Origin: Candidatus Poribacteria bacterium | GTDB lineage: Bacteria; Poribacteria; WGA-4E; JAJDTR01 | Direction: 5' to 3' | Length of the DNA: 64,000 nucleotides | Assembly (NCBI GenBank): GCA_965222225.1 | Contig: CBDCTK010000002.1 | Coordinates: forward strand, 1,088,001-1,152,000 | Shown here: piece after piece, positions 30,740 through 41,369 of the stretch | Layout: each line of letters begins with the position of its first letter | How positions within the stretch are numbered: the stretch's first letter is position 1 | Position numbers and translations under genes: made by a program | The notes under the pieces: model-generated | What the model saw: the letters and a program-made list of their open reading frames with translations, nothing else | Databases searched by the model: none | Told to the model about the DNA's origin: nothing

Positions 30740-31988
30740 CGGAATTAGTAGCTTGTAGCTTTTAGACTGACGACAAACATAAAACTTGGTACCCTGTCGT
30801 AAATCTTTTCGTCACACGTAGATGTCCATAGTGACTATTCTTCTCGTAGGAGTTTGCTATGGACATTTTGAATCTTATGAAAGAGTTTCCAAATCAAGAA
30901 TCTTGTCTCAGATTTATAGAGGAAAAACGTTGGAAGGACGGTGTTTGCTGTATCCACTGTGGCAGTGAAAAAGTTGGACGCAAGAACAAAAACGACATTA
31001 CTACTGGTTGGAATTGCTACGATTGTGAATCTAGCTTTTCGGCTACAGCAGGAACCATCTTCCATGGTACCAAGATACCTCTCCAGAAATGGTTTTTGGC
31101 TATCTCAATTCTTTCCAATGCCAAGAAAAGCATATCGAGTTGTCAGCTTGCTCGTGACTTGGACATGAATCAAAAGTCCGCTTGGTATATGGCAATGCGC
31201 CTCCGTGAGAAAATGAGTGATAGTGATGAATTGCTGAAAGGGATAGTTGAAGCGGACGAAACCTATGTCGGCGGCAAACCCAGAGCAAAATCTAAGAGAG
31301 GTAGAGGCACAAATAAATCTCCCGTCATCGGCGTAGTCGAGAGAGGCGGTCGGGTGGTTGCTAAATTCATGAAGGTTCTATCTGGTGAAAATATCAGAGA
31401 ATTCATCCTTAGCAATGTCTCACCCGATGAGTCTATTCTTATGACTGATGAATTTCGCTCTTACAATAGTCTGGACGAAGATATCGAAAGACATGTTATC
31501 CATCACCAAGAGAGATATGTTTCTGAGGACGGCGTAACTCACACCAACACCATCGAGTCGTTTTGGGCTTGTGTCAAGAGGTCATTCTACGGAACGCATC
31601 ATCACTACAGCAAGAAGTGGCTGCCACTGTATATCATGGAGTCTTGCTGGAAATATAATCGCAGAAAAGATGATGAGATTTTCATAAGATTTTTTGATGA
31701 ATGCTTCACCTGAGCCACATGAATTGTTTGGCTATCGGTATATTCTGTCAACGACAACATCATGGTGTGCTGAAAATCCCATAGTGTTGGAAATTAAAAT
31801 CCCGCAGATAACCCGCAATGCTCCCGCGAGCATGTACAAACGCTTGGTCAACATGATATGCCTCCATTTCTCTCTTATAGAGATGTATTTTAGTGTGAAT
31901 CAAGATTCCGAACACTGTCTAAAATGATTGTACATTAAGAAGAGAAAAGCAAGCAAATCGACCAAAAAGCAGTTAACTACTAAGTCCC
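30740..31988 (+). mobile_element. IS1595-family insertion sequence, 1249 bp
   Basis: 8-bp TSD CAATTCAT at 30732-30739 and 31989-31996; imperfect TIRs CGGAATTAGTAG / CTACTAAGTCCC. Confidence 0.85.
30859..31713 (+). CDS. IS1595-family transposase
   Basis: Zn ribbon CIHC..CYDC; VEADETYVGGK, LMTDE and HTNTIESFW motifs. Confidence 0.95.
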   Translation: MDILNLMKEFPNQESCLRFIEEKRWKDGVCCIHCGSEKVGRKNKNDITTGWNCYDCESSFSATAGTIFHGTKIPLQKWFLAISILSNAKKSISSCQLARDLDMNQKSAWYMAMRLREKMSDSDELLKGIVEADETYVGGKPRAKSKRGRGTNKSPVIGVVERGGRVVAKFMKVLSGENIREFILSNVSPDESILMTDEFRSYNSLDEDIERHVIHHQERYVSEDGVTHTNTIESFWACVKRSFYGTHHHYSKKWLPLYIMESCWKYNRRKDDEIFIRFFDECFT

Positions 31989-32039
31989 CAATTCATTGAA
32001 GAAATTTAACTTTCATAATTACCATGGACCTGATACAAA

Positions 32040-32070
32040 GAGAGCGCATCCGTCCAACGATGCGCTCTCT
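32040..32070. terminator. Hairpin/terminator downstream of the 32101-32592 gene
   Basis: GAGAGCGCATC-CGTCCAAC-GATGCGCTCTC followed by TTT on the minus strand. Confidence 0.6.
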
Positions 32071-32100
32071 CGTATTGCGAAATCTATCTTTGTGTATGGT

Positions 32101-32592
32101 CTAACCCCGCGGACTGCCTCCTCCTCGTCTGCCTGGTCCGCCGCCACGACGCATCATCTGCTCTATTCGCGTCGCTTCTAATTTCTCAAGTTGGCTGATT
32201 TGTTCCTCGGTCAAGACAGCATCTCGTTCTGTAGCGAATGCCTCGCGAAGCTGCGCCATCTCAGCGCGCATGGACTGAAAGTCACCCGAATCCCTAGCCT
32301 CTTTGACGGCTTTTTCAAGCTTCTCTCGGTGTTTTTGGAAAACTGGCCGCGCTTTCAGAAGTGTCTCATCGTCGACCTTAACAACAAAGGTTAAGTCGGT
32401 CCATGAACTGTCAATTATACTGGTTGGTGAAAATCCGCGCATGCCGCCAGGGCCACCGCGTCCTCCGCCGCGCCCTCTCTCGCGCATTTCGCTCCTGTCC
32501 GGACGTTGGGCTTGAGTAATTTGATTTGAAACAAAAATCACTACTAACACAATCGCGAGCACGGAAACAATGCCAAAACTTTTACGTGTCAT
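32101..32592 (-). CDS. Secreted Spy/CpxP-like helical protein with Gly/Arg-rich ends
   Basis: Signal peptide; VLTEEQ motif; RGG-rich termini. Confidence 0.55.
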   Translation of the reverse strand: MTRKSFGIVSVLAIVLVVIFVSNQITQAQRPDRSEMRERGRGGGRGGPGGMRGFSPTSIIDSSWTDLTFVVKVDDETLLKARPVFQKHREKLEKAVKEARDSGDFQSMRAEMAQLREAFATERDAVLTEEQISQLEKLEATRIEQMMRRGGGPGRRGGGSPRG

Positions 32593-32868
32593 GATAGTAT
32601 CTCCTTAAATAGTTGAATTTAGCCGAACCACGCGAACATCCCTATAGAATGTGAGGTTAGGCAAGAATTTTCGGGGCTATTGGTTAGACAAATAACAAGA
32701 AGAAAAATTCGCTCTGTTGAACAGAAAAATGGTTAAACGCTTCGCCCAATAGGTTACCATCAATCCGACTCATAAGGCATTGAGAGTAGTGTGGAATGAA
32801 ATCTTCCATCCTTCCAATCATATCCCTCACAGTCGCTTCAGAAGATGAACATTCAAATTGAAACTTGT

Positions 32869-33681
32869 CTAATCTTCCAGTAGATATTGTAACATTGAGA
32901 GTGGCGTTGCCACTATTGCGCCACCATCAACCGGCAAGACCACACCAGAAATCCAGCGGGCTTCCTCACTCGCCAAGAACACGCCAGTCCACGCCACATC
33001 CCAAGCCGTCCCTTCTGTGCCTAATGGATTGGCGCGACGACGGAGATCTCGCGATTTCGCCGGAATTGGCCCAACGAAAGACCCCCAGAGTTGACCGGGG
33101 GCAATCGAATTGACTCGAATGTTATCGCGACCGTGATGCACTGCCATATTCTGAGTCATAGCTATGACGCCCCCCTTAGCCGCGGCATAAGGGACATTAG
33201 GTCGCCACCCCGTGCGCATACCGTCAATAGAAGAGATATTGATAATCGACCCGCCGCCATTCCGAATCATCGCCGGGATGGCGAATTTGCATGACAGCAT
33301 CGTACCCTTTAGGTTGACCTCTACCACAAGATCCCAACTGTCCTCTTCCACTTCAACCACCGTTTTCCTATCGGTGAACCCCGCATTGTTGAAAAGGATG
33401 TGTAATCCTCCGTAACGTGACACCGCGTCTTCAATCATTCTTTGACACGCGCTACTTTGTGTCACATCGGCAACGCACAGCGACGCCCTGCCGCCCTCCA
33501 CCTCAATTTGCGACAGCGTTTTCTTGGCGTTCCGTTCGTCCTTGTCCACCACCAAGACGCTTGCCCCTTGCCTTGCAAACAGAATAGCAGTAGCCTGACC
33601 AATGCCTACGACCTCGCCACGTGAACCAGCTCCGGTAACGATAGCGACTTTCTCTTTTAACCTACCTCCGGTCCGTTGCAT
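32869..33681 (-). CDS. Short-chain dehydrogenase/reductase
   Basis: VTGAGS..GIG, NNAG, YAAAK and IRVNSIAPG motifs. Confidence 0.95.
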   Translation of the reverse strand: MQRTGGRLKEKVAIVTGAGSRGEVVGIGQATAILFARQGASVLVVDKDERNAKKTLSQIEVEGGRASLCVADVTQSSACQRMIEDAVSRYGGLHILFNNAGFTDRKTVVEVEEDSWDLVVEVNLKGTMLSCKFAIPAMIRNGGGSIINISSIDGMRTGWRPNVPYAAAKGGVIAMTQNMAVHHGRDNIRVNSIAPGQLWGSFVGPIPAKSRDLRRRANPLGTEGTAWDVAWTGVFLASEEARWISGVVLPVDGGAIVATPLSMLQYLLED

Positions 33682-33710
33682 TGGATTCTATCCTTTGAGA
33701 GAAGTTGGAG

Positions 33711-34616
33711 TCAACCCAGTCTCGACAAATACTGGCCGACAACATCTATACCCACCAGCTCGCTGTACGCCGTCTGGAGGCGATGTGTAACGTGACCGGG
33801 CACACTACCATCACCGATAGTGATTCCGTTGACCAACGACACGGGACAGATGCAGTAGCTGGTCGAGGTGATAAAGGCTTCATCAGCGGTATAAGCGTCA
33901 AAGAGATCAATGTCTTCTTCACACACCTCGATTCCCAGCTTTGCAGCGAGTTCCATAGTAGTTTGACGGCTGATGCCAGCCAAGATATATTGGTCTTTCG
34001 GCGTGATTACTACACCATTCTTTACAATGAGAATATTGGCGCCGGCTCCTTCGCAAATGTTGCCATTAATGTCCAGCAGAATCGGAATCGCATCCGGGTT
34101 CTGAGCTTTGACTTCCTGCTCACCGAGAAACAGATTGATGTAATTGTGTAACTTTGCTCTAGGACTCATACACTCGGGCGGCGTTCGCCTCGTTGCAGGA
34201 GTTACCACCGAATGACCGTCGCGAAAATACCTCGCCCTGGCAGCGAATGGTATTGGCATAGTTTCGATAATAACGGTGGGATTGAACGTACCGTCTGTAG
34301 TAGGTGTCCCTCTACTGATTCGTTGATTCGCCCAAGTGTCATCATTTTCGCCTAGCAGAGGAAGATTTGCGTTGACCACTTGGCGAGTCAGCTCCGCCAT
34401 GTAATCTTGTGTCATTCCCGGATCTATGCGCATGTATTTTAGAGAATTATACAATCGGTCGAGGTGTTCTTTCAGCTTGAAGATTGTCCCGCCAAATGTT
34501 CGGGTCGCATCGAACACGGCATCTCCAAACATAAATCCTCGGTCACGGAAAGGAACCCTTGCCTCGCTCTCCGGTATTATCTCTCCATTGAAATATACGA
34601 CACGTTCTTGAGCCAT
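33711..34616 (-). CDS. Aminotransferase class IV (BCAT/D-amino-acid aminotransferase-like)
   Basis: DRGFMFGDAVFD, HLDRL, catalytic K in AKLHNY, EGAGAN, LAGISR and ADEAFITST. Confidence 0.92.
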   Translation of the reverse strand: MAQERVVYFNGEIIPESEARVPFRDRGFMFGDAVFDATRTFGGTIFKLKEHLDRLYNSLKYMRIDPGMTQDYMAELTRQVVNANLPLLGENDDTWANQRISRGTPTTDGTFNPTVIIETMPIPFAARARYFRDGHSVVTPATRRTPPECMSPRAKLHNYINLFLGEQEVKAQNPDAIPILLDINGNICEGAGANILIVKNGVVITPKDQYILAGISRQTTMELAAKLGIEVCEEDIDLFDAYTADEAFITSTSYCICPVSLVNGITIGDGSVPGHVTHRLQTAYSELVGIDVVGQYLSRLG

Positions 34617-34805
34617 TTTCATACCCCGTGGTATAGATGTGTTTGTGTGTAACCGGGTCATTGCAACCACTCGGTTGAATGCTGATGACTTGGCGTAAAA
34701 AATCCATTAATTCCGCTTAATAATTCCTGAAGTTGGTCGGCATTGTAGCACAATTGTATCCAAAATCACAGGAATTCCAACCACTACGGTGGCTTCGCAA
34801 AATGC

Positions 34806-34833
34806 TTGACTTTTCACCGGCTCAATGTATAAT
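34806..34833 (+). promoter_or_regulatory. Sigma70-type promoter upstream of sppA
   Basis: TTGACT-16 bp-TATAAT. Confidence 0.55.
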
Positions 34834-35019
34834 CCTCGTTGCATGTCCATGCAAATTAACCGCTTCTACCACCGATACCTCACCGATCCCAGTTTGGGCA
34901 GGGCATTTCAAAGAATTACCGAATAATACGCATCGGACATCCGCTCGTCGAAAGTAATAAATGGATGTACATCCACCTTCGCGTTCTTTATTTTATTTTG
35001 TGCTAGAAAGGAAATTGGA

Positions 35020-36855
35020 ATGACAATTCAGCTAAAGCGCTATTGGATACTTGTAATAGCATTGCTAATCTTCACTTCGTCCAACCCCGTGCACGCCGCG
35101 TCTAGTTCCGAACCTGCCGACAAAGCGTTAAATGCTGATGTCGCTGAAGCGGATGAAGAGCAATCACCAAGTCAGTACATTGAGGTATCGATCCGCGGTC
35201 CGTACGCAGAGGTTAAATCCCCTTTCACATTCGGTCAAACGTTCAAGACAGTGCGAAGTTTGACATCTGAACTTGAGTTCATTCGGAAAAATGAGAAGGC
35301 AATTGGCGTGCTTTTGAAGATTGACAACCTTGGCGCCGGATGGGCAAAGCTACAAGAGATTCGAGACAAGATTATTCAACTCCGCCTGTCGGGAAAAGTG
35401 GTAATTAGCCATCTCAACAGTGGAGGGAACATGGAATATCTGATCGCTTGCGCCGGCGATCAGATATTCCTTAGTCCCTCCGGCACCGTTGGCTTAACAG
35501 GGCTTCGCGCAGAGGTGATGTTCTACGCCGGATTGTTTGAAAAACTGGATATCGAAGCAGAAATGATCGCTATGGGTAAATATAAATCCGCAATCGAGCC
35601 ATTCATGCAAGAGCGTATGTCCGAACCCTTTCGTGAAGCTGTTAATACCATCCTTGATGACCTGCATATTCAACAAATTGAGATGATTGCAGATGGAGGT
35701 GCACACCTTGATGCTGTAGCCGTAGAGAAACTTATTGACGAAGGGCCATTCACTGCACAGGAAGCACTTGAAAAGGGGTTAGTGGACGGTCTCCTATACT
35801 ACGACGAACTACTCTCTTCAATTCAAACTGAATCGGCTAAACCAATTGAGATAGTCTCAGACTACCGCAAGAAGTCCAAGGAGGTGCAGGATTTAACCGG
35901 AATTGCCGGATTAATGCGCCTGTTTTCTATGTTGTCGCCACCCAAGAAACACATTAAACCTTTGGGCACCCCACGAATTGCGCTCATTTATGCAACAGGT
36001 CCCATCTTATCGGATGTGCCGGATGGCCCTTTCAATATTGGACAGGTTATCACCTCTCGCGAAATCAGTGAGGCACTCCGTCAGGTACGCGCGGACGATT
36101 CTACCAAAGCCGCCGTAATTCGCATCGACAGTCCCGGAGGTTCAGCACTTGCTTCAGACCTCATCTGGCGCGAAGTTCTCTGGACCCAGCGCGAAAAACC
36201 TGTTGTCGTATCCATGTCGGATGTTGCCGGATCAGGCGGTTACTATATTGCAATGGCGGCAGGAACGATTGTCGCTCAACCGGCGACAATTACCGGATCG
36301 ATTGGAGTCTTTGGCGGAAAGTTCAATCTGAAAGGACTCTACAATAAGCTTGGGTTGACGAAGGAAGTTGTTACCCGCGGCAAGAATGCGAATATTTACT
36401 CCGATTATGGAAGTTTCACCCCAACCGAACGTGAACGGGTAGAAAAACTGATGAAAACGGTTTACGAGGATTTCGTTCGGAAAGCCGCTGAAGGCAGGCG
36501 TAAGACGAAAGAGGAAATTCATGAAATCGCGCAAGGACGCGTTTGGACAGGCAAACAAGCAAAAAACATCGGGCTTGTGGATGTGCTTGGAGGGCTCGAC
36601 ACAGCCCTTTCTCTTGCAAAAGCTAATGCCGGATTAAGGGACGATGATGAAGTCCAGATATTCGTGCTGCCTAAGCCGAAGACGTTCGTTGAGTTTCTTG
36701 TGGAAGATATGGAAAAAAACCTTAGAATTCCGCTAACTCCGGATTTGTCCGTCCCTGTCTCGCTCGCAACGTCACTATCGGCACTGTACCGACTTCTGTC
36801 ATTCGCAAACGGACCGGTCGCTACGGTCTTACCGGTTGATATCGTAATTAGATGA
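35020..36855 (+). CDS. sppA: Signal peptide peptidase SppA (67K type)
   Basis: GKYKSAIEP, RIDSPGGSA, SMSDVAGSGGYYIA, TITGSIGV and AQGRVWTG motifs. Confidence 0.95.
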   Translation: MTIQLKRYWILVIALLIFTSSNPVHAASSSEPADKALNADVAEADEEQSPSQYIEVSIRGPYAEVKSPFTFGQTFKTVRSLTSELEFIRKNEKAIGVLLKIDNLGAGWAKLQEIRDKIIQLRLSGKVVISHLNSGGNMEYLIACAGDQIFLSPSGTVGLTGLRAEVMFYAGLFEKLDIEAEMIAMGKYKSAIEPFMQERMSEPFREAVNTILDDLHIQQIEMIADGGAHLDAVAVEKLIDEGPFTAQEALEKGLVDGLLYYDELLSSIQTESAKPIEIVSDYRKKSKEVQDLTGIAGLMRLFSMLSPPKKHIKPLGTPRIALIYATGPILSDVPDGPFNIGQVITSREISEALRQVRADDSTKAAVIRIDSPGGSALASDLIWREVLWTQREKPVVVSMSDVAGSGGYYIAMAAGTIVAQPATITGSIGVFGGKFNLKGLYNKLGLTKEVVTRGKNANIYSDYGSFTPTERERVEKLMKTVYEDFVRKAAEGRRKTKEEIHEIAQGRVWTGKQAKNIGLVDVLGGLDTALSLAKANAGLRDDDEVQIFVLPKPKTFVEFLVEDMEKNLRIPLTPDLSVPVSLATSLSALYRLLSFANGPVATVLPVDIVIR

Positions 36856-36935
36856 AAACACCCGTACCGACATGTTTGGATTCTGTCTTTCAGGCGCCAT
36901 CCTTCAAAGATATTTGCAGTCGGCATCTCAGTTTA

Positions 36936-38018
36936 TCAGGCGCTCATCTGTAGCATCCGTTCAATGGGCGCCCGTGCCCGCTCAATCACGTCGGGACAGA
37001 GGGTCACTTCATAATCACTTAGACTGTTACCCGTATCTATGGCTTCAAGGATATCAAGTACTTTAGCGAGGCTGACTTTCGCCATGTGCGAACAGCGAAC
37101 CGAGCATGCAGTCCAAAACTGTACAGATGGAAACTCTTGTGAAAGGTTGGATGTAAGCTCACATTCTGACGCCACGAAAGCGCGGTCCAAACGCTTTTCC
37201 TCTACCCGTTTTGCGATATCTCGCATAATCTGACTTGTACTCCCGTAAAAGTCGGCTTCTCTGAGAACTTCACGTCGACATTCCCAATGCGCATACAAGG
37301 CGCGGCGCGTGTGCCCTTTGGGAATCTCAAAGGATTCTCGCACGGCTAGCAAATCCGAAAGCTTGAATTCTTCATGCACCTCGCACACCGCACCCTTTTC
37401 GTGGTTTCCCTTGCCCGGGTAGATAACAGTTTTCTCGCCAGCTAGTTCATCCTCCAAGTTCTGAGCAAAGAAGATGTCCGGCACAAACACAATCCGATCG
37501 CCCGGCATTTCCTTAGCTATCTTGGCGGCGTTTGCCGACGTGCAACAAACGTCCGATTCCGCCTTTGCATCCGCATAACTATTGATGTAAATCATAACCG
37601 GTACATTTGGATACATGGCTTTCAGTTTCTTCACATCTTCCGCACCAAAGTTATCAGCTAGCGAGCACCCTGCCGTCTTATCGGCGACAAGAACCGTCTT
37701 TGACGGGTTGAGAATCTTGGCTGTTTCCGCCATGAACGGAACCCCATTAAAGATGATATATGGCCCAGTTGTTTTGGCGGCGTGCATACTTAAGCCTAGG
37801 GAGTCGCCCTGTTCCTCTTTCGTGGACACTCCAAACACGAGCGGCTCCATGTAATTGTGACCAAGCATGACAACGTTGTGTTTTTTCTTGAGCGTAAGTA
37901 TTCTGTACAAGGTTTTGGCATGCGCTTCAATGTCCACCGGTGTTAAGCCCGGATGATCCCTTTCGTACAGTTCCGCTTTCACACTCTCAAGATTTAAATC
38001 CCCTGCCTGTATGCTCAT
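36936..38018 (-). CDS. nadA: Quinolinate synthase
   Basis: HNYM, GDSLGLS, FMAETAKILNP, GCSLA, YINS, CTSANA, CEVHE and CSHM motifs. Confidence 0.95.
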   Translation of the reverse strand: MSIQAGDLNLESVKAELYERDHPGLTPVDIEAHAKTLYRILTLKKKHNVVMLGHNYMEPLVFGVSTKEEQGDSLGLSMHAAKTTGPYIIFNGVPFMAETAKILNPSKTVLVADKTAGCSLADNFGAEDVKKLKAMYPNVPVMIYINSYADAKAESDVCCTSANAAKIAKEMPGDRIVFVPDIFFAQNLEDELAGEKTVIYPGKGNHEKGAVCEVHEEFKLSDLLAVRESFEIPKGHTRRALYAHWECRREVLREADFYGSTSQIMRDIAKRVEEKRLDRAFVASECELTSNLSQEFPSVQFWTACSVRCSHMAKVSLAKVLDILEAIDTGNSLSDYEVTLCPDVIERARAPIERMLQMSA

Positions 38019-38150
38019 GTGCTGCTACCTTTGGATTCTCTCGTCGCCGCTAAACCACGTTAGCTGCTAGTCTACGGCTGTCGTTACCATGCACCTTGAA
38101 CCTGCCAAAATAAGTAGATGCTTCAAGTTTATGAACGGAATTAAGGGAGA

Positions 38151-38179
38151 GTGTACATCAGGTCTCAGTTTTTGTCAAG
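38151..38179 (-). promoter_or_regulatory. Sigma70-type promoter for nadA
   Basis: Minus strand TTGACA-17 bp-TACACT. Confidence 0.55.
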
Positions 38180-38735
38180 CATGTTTCCACTAGCGCACAC
38201 AGCCACTAAACCTAAGCTCGCTAGCGCTAATTCCATTTAGGCATTGGTATATGACTCCTTGTTAATCCTATTCGACGACCTGTTTTCACACTGTTTTCAC
38301 ATGGGTGCCCGGACGCCGATATTAGTCTCGCAATTTGAGATTTACAGGACTTGGATTCTGGTACTTGAATGCGAGGATTTTCTGGCTAGTTCTGGATTTT
38401 TTGTTCGGCGGAGAATGCCGCTCAACCACGCGAATCACCAAAGTGAGGATTTCGACGAAATCATTGTGCCCGTCATTGAATCTAACACACATTGCTGATT
38501 CTCTGCGCATGATTGGCTTATGCTGACGCCGCACCTCCCTATTTTTGCGTGTCATTTTTCTACGACTCGTGCTATAATTATGCAGAATTTTGAGAAGCAA
38601 TGAAGATTCAGATTCCGGGCAGGTAGGCCCCCTCCACTGCAACTTGACGCATGGATCTAATTGAAATCTTTGAATTTCTAGCCTCCCGCTTCACCCGCCC
38701 GCCAAGAAAACTGTTAGGAAAGAGAAGAGGAAAAT

Positions 38736-41267
38736 ATGGCAGATAGTGTAAACGCGAACCCGTTACTATCACCGGTTCAGCCGCTGACGGTCGATTACAA
38801 TCGAGAACGCATAGAAGACATTGGATACATGACATGTATGACGTTAGTGTTGCTCGGCAATTACGCTCAAACTGGCCATTTCGGCGGCCCATTAGCATAC
38901 ACGCCCTATAACGTAGCTCTCCATCTAGCCGGCCCAGAACTAGGTGGGCTTCGCTATGACTACCGGAAGCCAAAGCATCCATTCTGTGACAAATTCATGC
39001 TCGCGGGGGGACATAACATTCCGACCGCATACGCCTTGTGGATGATTATGGGCGAGGCTATGGCACGTAAGCACTCTGCTACAGCCGATGCGCGCCATTA
39101 TGTGGATCCAGAAATCGCTATGCTCCCAATTGATGCCCTCGGTTTCCGTCGTGGGGCTGGCGCATTGAGAACTCTTCTTGAAAATCATGGTCTCGAAGAC
39201 CATCCGCTTTTTGCCCAAGCGAGAATACGGGGCATTCGTTCTCTCGCGGGTCACGCGGAAACGACTGATTTGACCAACGATGTCAATGGCGGTCCCTCCG
39301 GGATTGGTGTAGCAACGGCTGCAGGAAAAGCTGCTTTTTGGAATTTTGTAGGTGCTCCAGATTCCCTCAAGGTTTTTGCTCTCGAGGGCGAATTTGCCAT
39401 GACGGAGGGACATGCTCAGGAACTGAAAACGCAAGGTCTCGCCATGCAGGTGGGCAAACGCCTACGTATCCTGATTTCATACAATAACGCAGGAATTGAC
39501 GACACCTTGGTCGGCGGTGTTGTAGACGCCAAATATAAGCAATACCAACTCGAGGACCAGTGGACCTCCTACGCATGGAATGTATTTGCTCTTGAGAATG
39601 GCAATGATTATGACCAGATTTTGGCGGCTCTTCACACCATGGAGAATTGGGGTGCAGATGACCGACGACCAATGGTTGTCATCGGAAACACGATAAAAGG
39701 ATATTGGCCGGCAGCCGTCAATGGGAAGATTGAGGGCTATGGCGATCAACTCATCAGCTATCCAAGCCATCCCTATTCCTTAAAGATGAATTCGGAGTAC
39801 TTTGTGGCACTCGCCACAACCTTTGAACAACAGTACGGTGTCGAATTTCAAGGCATCCACGACGGACCGGTGACTGACGAGCGCGAGCGTTTGATTCAAT
39901 TCAAAACAAACATTGACGTGGTGATGTCGGTACTAGATCGCAATGGACTCGGAGACTGGTTGGCGCATCGACTCGTAGAGATTGGTGATTCGGTGCAGGA
40001 TGACTTGCCGCTGCGAGTTGATGTCACCCGCGACCCCTTCCTAGATAATCGGCTCCGCGTTGAGAATCTCCCGGTTGAACCACAGCACCTCTCGGTTACA
40101 AATCCCGTATCTGGTGAGGAGCAGGAAGTAGATATTTCGCTATTTAAGAAACCGGGGGAAGTCGCTGGAACGCGCCGCGCTATTTCTGAATTCATCAAGT
40201 GGGTCAACTACGTGACGGACAACCGCTTTATCACGCTTGCTGCCGACCTTTCCGAGTCTATCAACATAGAACACGGAAGCCTTTGGGGACACTACAATCC
40301 GGACACCAACCCTGCCGCCACTCGGTTCAAAGCTCCCATCCAAGAAGCGGGCAACGCCTCAAGTGCAATCGGGCTGGTGGGACAGAGTGCGTCGCTTGAC
40401 CCGGCGAAGTTTGCCGGCGTCTGGGCATTAAGCGGCACCTACGGCGCCTTCACACCGTTGATGTATTTGCCTGCCCGAGTATGGAGTCAGCAGAGCCAAG
40501 ACAGCCGTTTTCGTATGGGAATTTTGCACATTCTCGCCGGTCATTCAGGCCCGGAAACCGCCGCCGATGCTCGCACACATTTTGGCATTTTTGCACCTCA
40601 GGTGTGGAAACTGTTTCCGCGCGGACAAGCGATTCATGTCAGCTTCTGGGATTATAATGATGTTGCCCCTGGATACTTTGCCGCGGCCGAAATTGCAGCT
40701 CGAGACCCCAAGGTTAGTGTGATTATCATCGAAGTTGCGCGTCCGGATTTTCCGGTAGCAGATCGAAATACGTTTGCCGATAAAGACCTCAAGGCGGCTG
40801 CCAAAGGATTATATGTTATCCGAGACTTCCGCCCGAACCAACCCAAACACGGTTATGTAATCGTCCAAGGATCTAATTCTACTGTTAATCTCGTAAAGAT
40901 AATTCCACGCCTGGAAGCACAGGGCATCAATGTGAAGATTATTGCCGCTGTCAGCGAAGATCTTTTTGATCGCCAATCGGCTGATTATCGCCAATCGGTG
41001 TTGCCCCCGGAGGCAAAGTATGACATGATGGTAGTCAGCACGGGCACGCAGAGAGTCTGGCCAATCAGGGATGTTGGTCCGTTGACGGACGAATATTCAT
41101 TGACCGCCGACTGGGACAATCAGTGGCTCACCGGCGGCACAGAATCGGATGTCATCGCAGAAGCTCATCTTGATGCCGAATCTATCTTTGCTGGAATACA
41201 ACGATTCGCCGAGATGCGCGAAAACCGTATAAATCGGCAGCGTGACTTTCTCGAAAACTTGGCGTAA
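38736..41267 (+). CDS. Divergent transketolase-like TPP enzyme
   Basis: TGHFGG, DKFMLAGGH, LAGHAE, GPSGIG, AADLSES, TYGAF and HSGPETAADARTH motifs. Confidence 0.75.
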   Translation: MADSVNANPLLSPVQPLTVDYNRERIEDIGYMTCMTLVLLGNYAQTGHFGGPLAYTPYNVALHLAGPELGGLRYDYRKPKHPFCDKFMLAGGHNIPTAYALWMIMGEAMARKHSATADARHYVDPEIAMLPIDALGFRRGAGALRTLLENHGLEDHPLFAQARIRGIRSLAGHAETTDLTNDVNGGPSGIGVATAAGKAAFWNFVGAPDSLKVFALEGEFAMTEGHAQELKTQGLAMQVGKRLRILISYNNAGIDDTLVGGVVDAKYKQYQLEDQWTSYAWNVFALENGNDYDQILAALHTMENWGADDRRPMVVIGNTIKGYWPAAVNGKIEGYGDQLISYPSHPYSLKMNSEYFVALATTFEQQYGVEFQGIHDGPVTDERERLIQFKTNIDVVMSVLDRNGLGDWLAHRLVEIGDSVQDDLPLRVDVTRDPFLDNRLRVENLPVEPQHLSVTNPVSGEEQEVDISLFKKPGEVAGTRRAISEFIKWVNYVTDNRFITLAADLSESINIEHGSLWGHYNPDTNPAATRFKAPIQEAGNASSAIGLVGQSASLDPAKFAGVWALSGTYGAFTPLMYLPARVWSQQSQDSRFRMGILHILAGHSGPETAADARTHFGIFAPQVWKLFPRGQAIHVSFWDYNDVAPGYFAAAEIAARDPKVSVIIIEVARPDFPVADRNTFADKDLKAAAKGLYVIRDFRPNQPKHGYVIVQGSNSTVNLVKIIPRLEAQGINVKIIAAVSEDLFDRQSADYRQSVLPPEAKYDMMVVSTGTQRVWPIRDVGPLTDEYSLTADWDNQWLTGGTESDVIAEAHLDAESIFAGIQRFAEMRENRINRQRDFLENLA

Positions 41268-41369
41268 GTTGCACACTCTTCTCAGATGGCGAGGACAGGA
41301 TTGAATATGAGAAGTTGTCTAATGAATCATACGCACTTCAAAATGTAGGATTGAGGAAGGTTGGATTTC

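Noticed and set aside
38244-38642. Short overlapping ORFs between nadA and the transketolase-like gene
   Set aside because: No recognisable motifs or RBS; possibly a decayed gene, but not assignable
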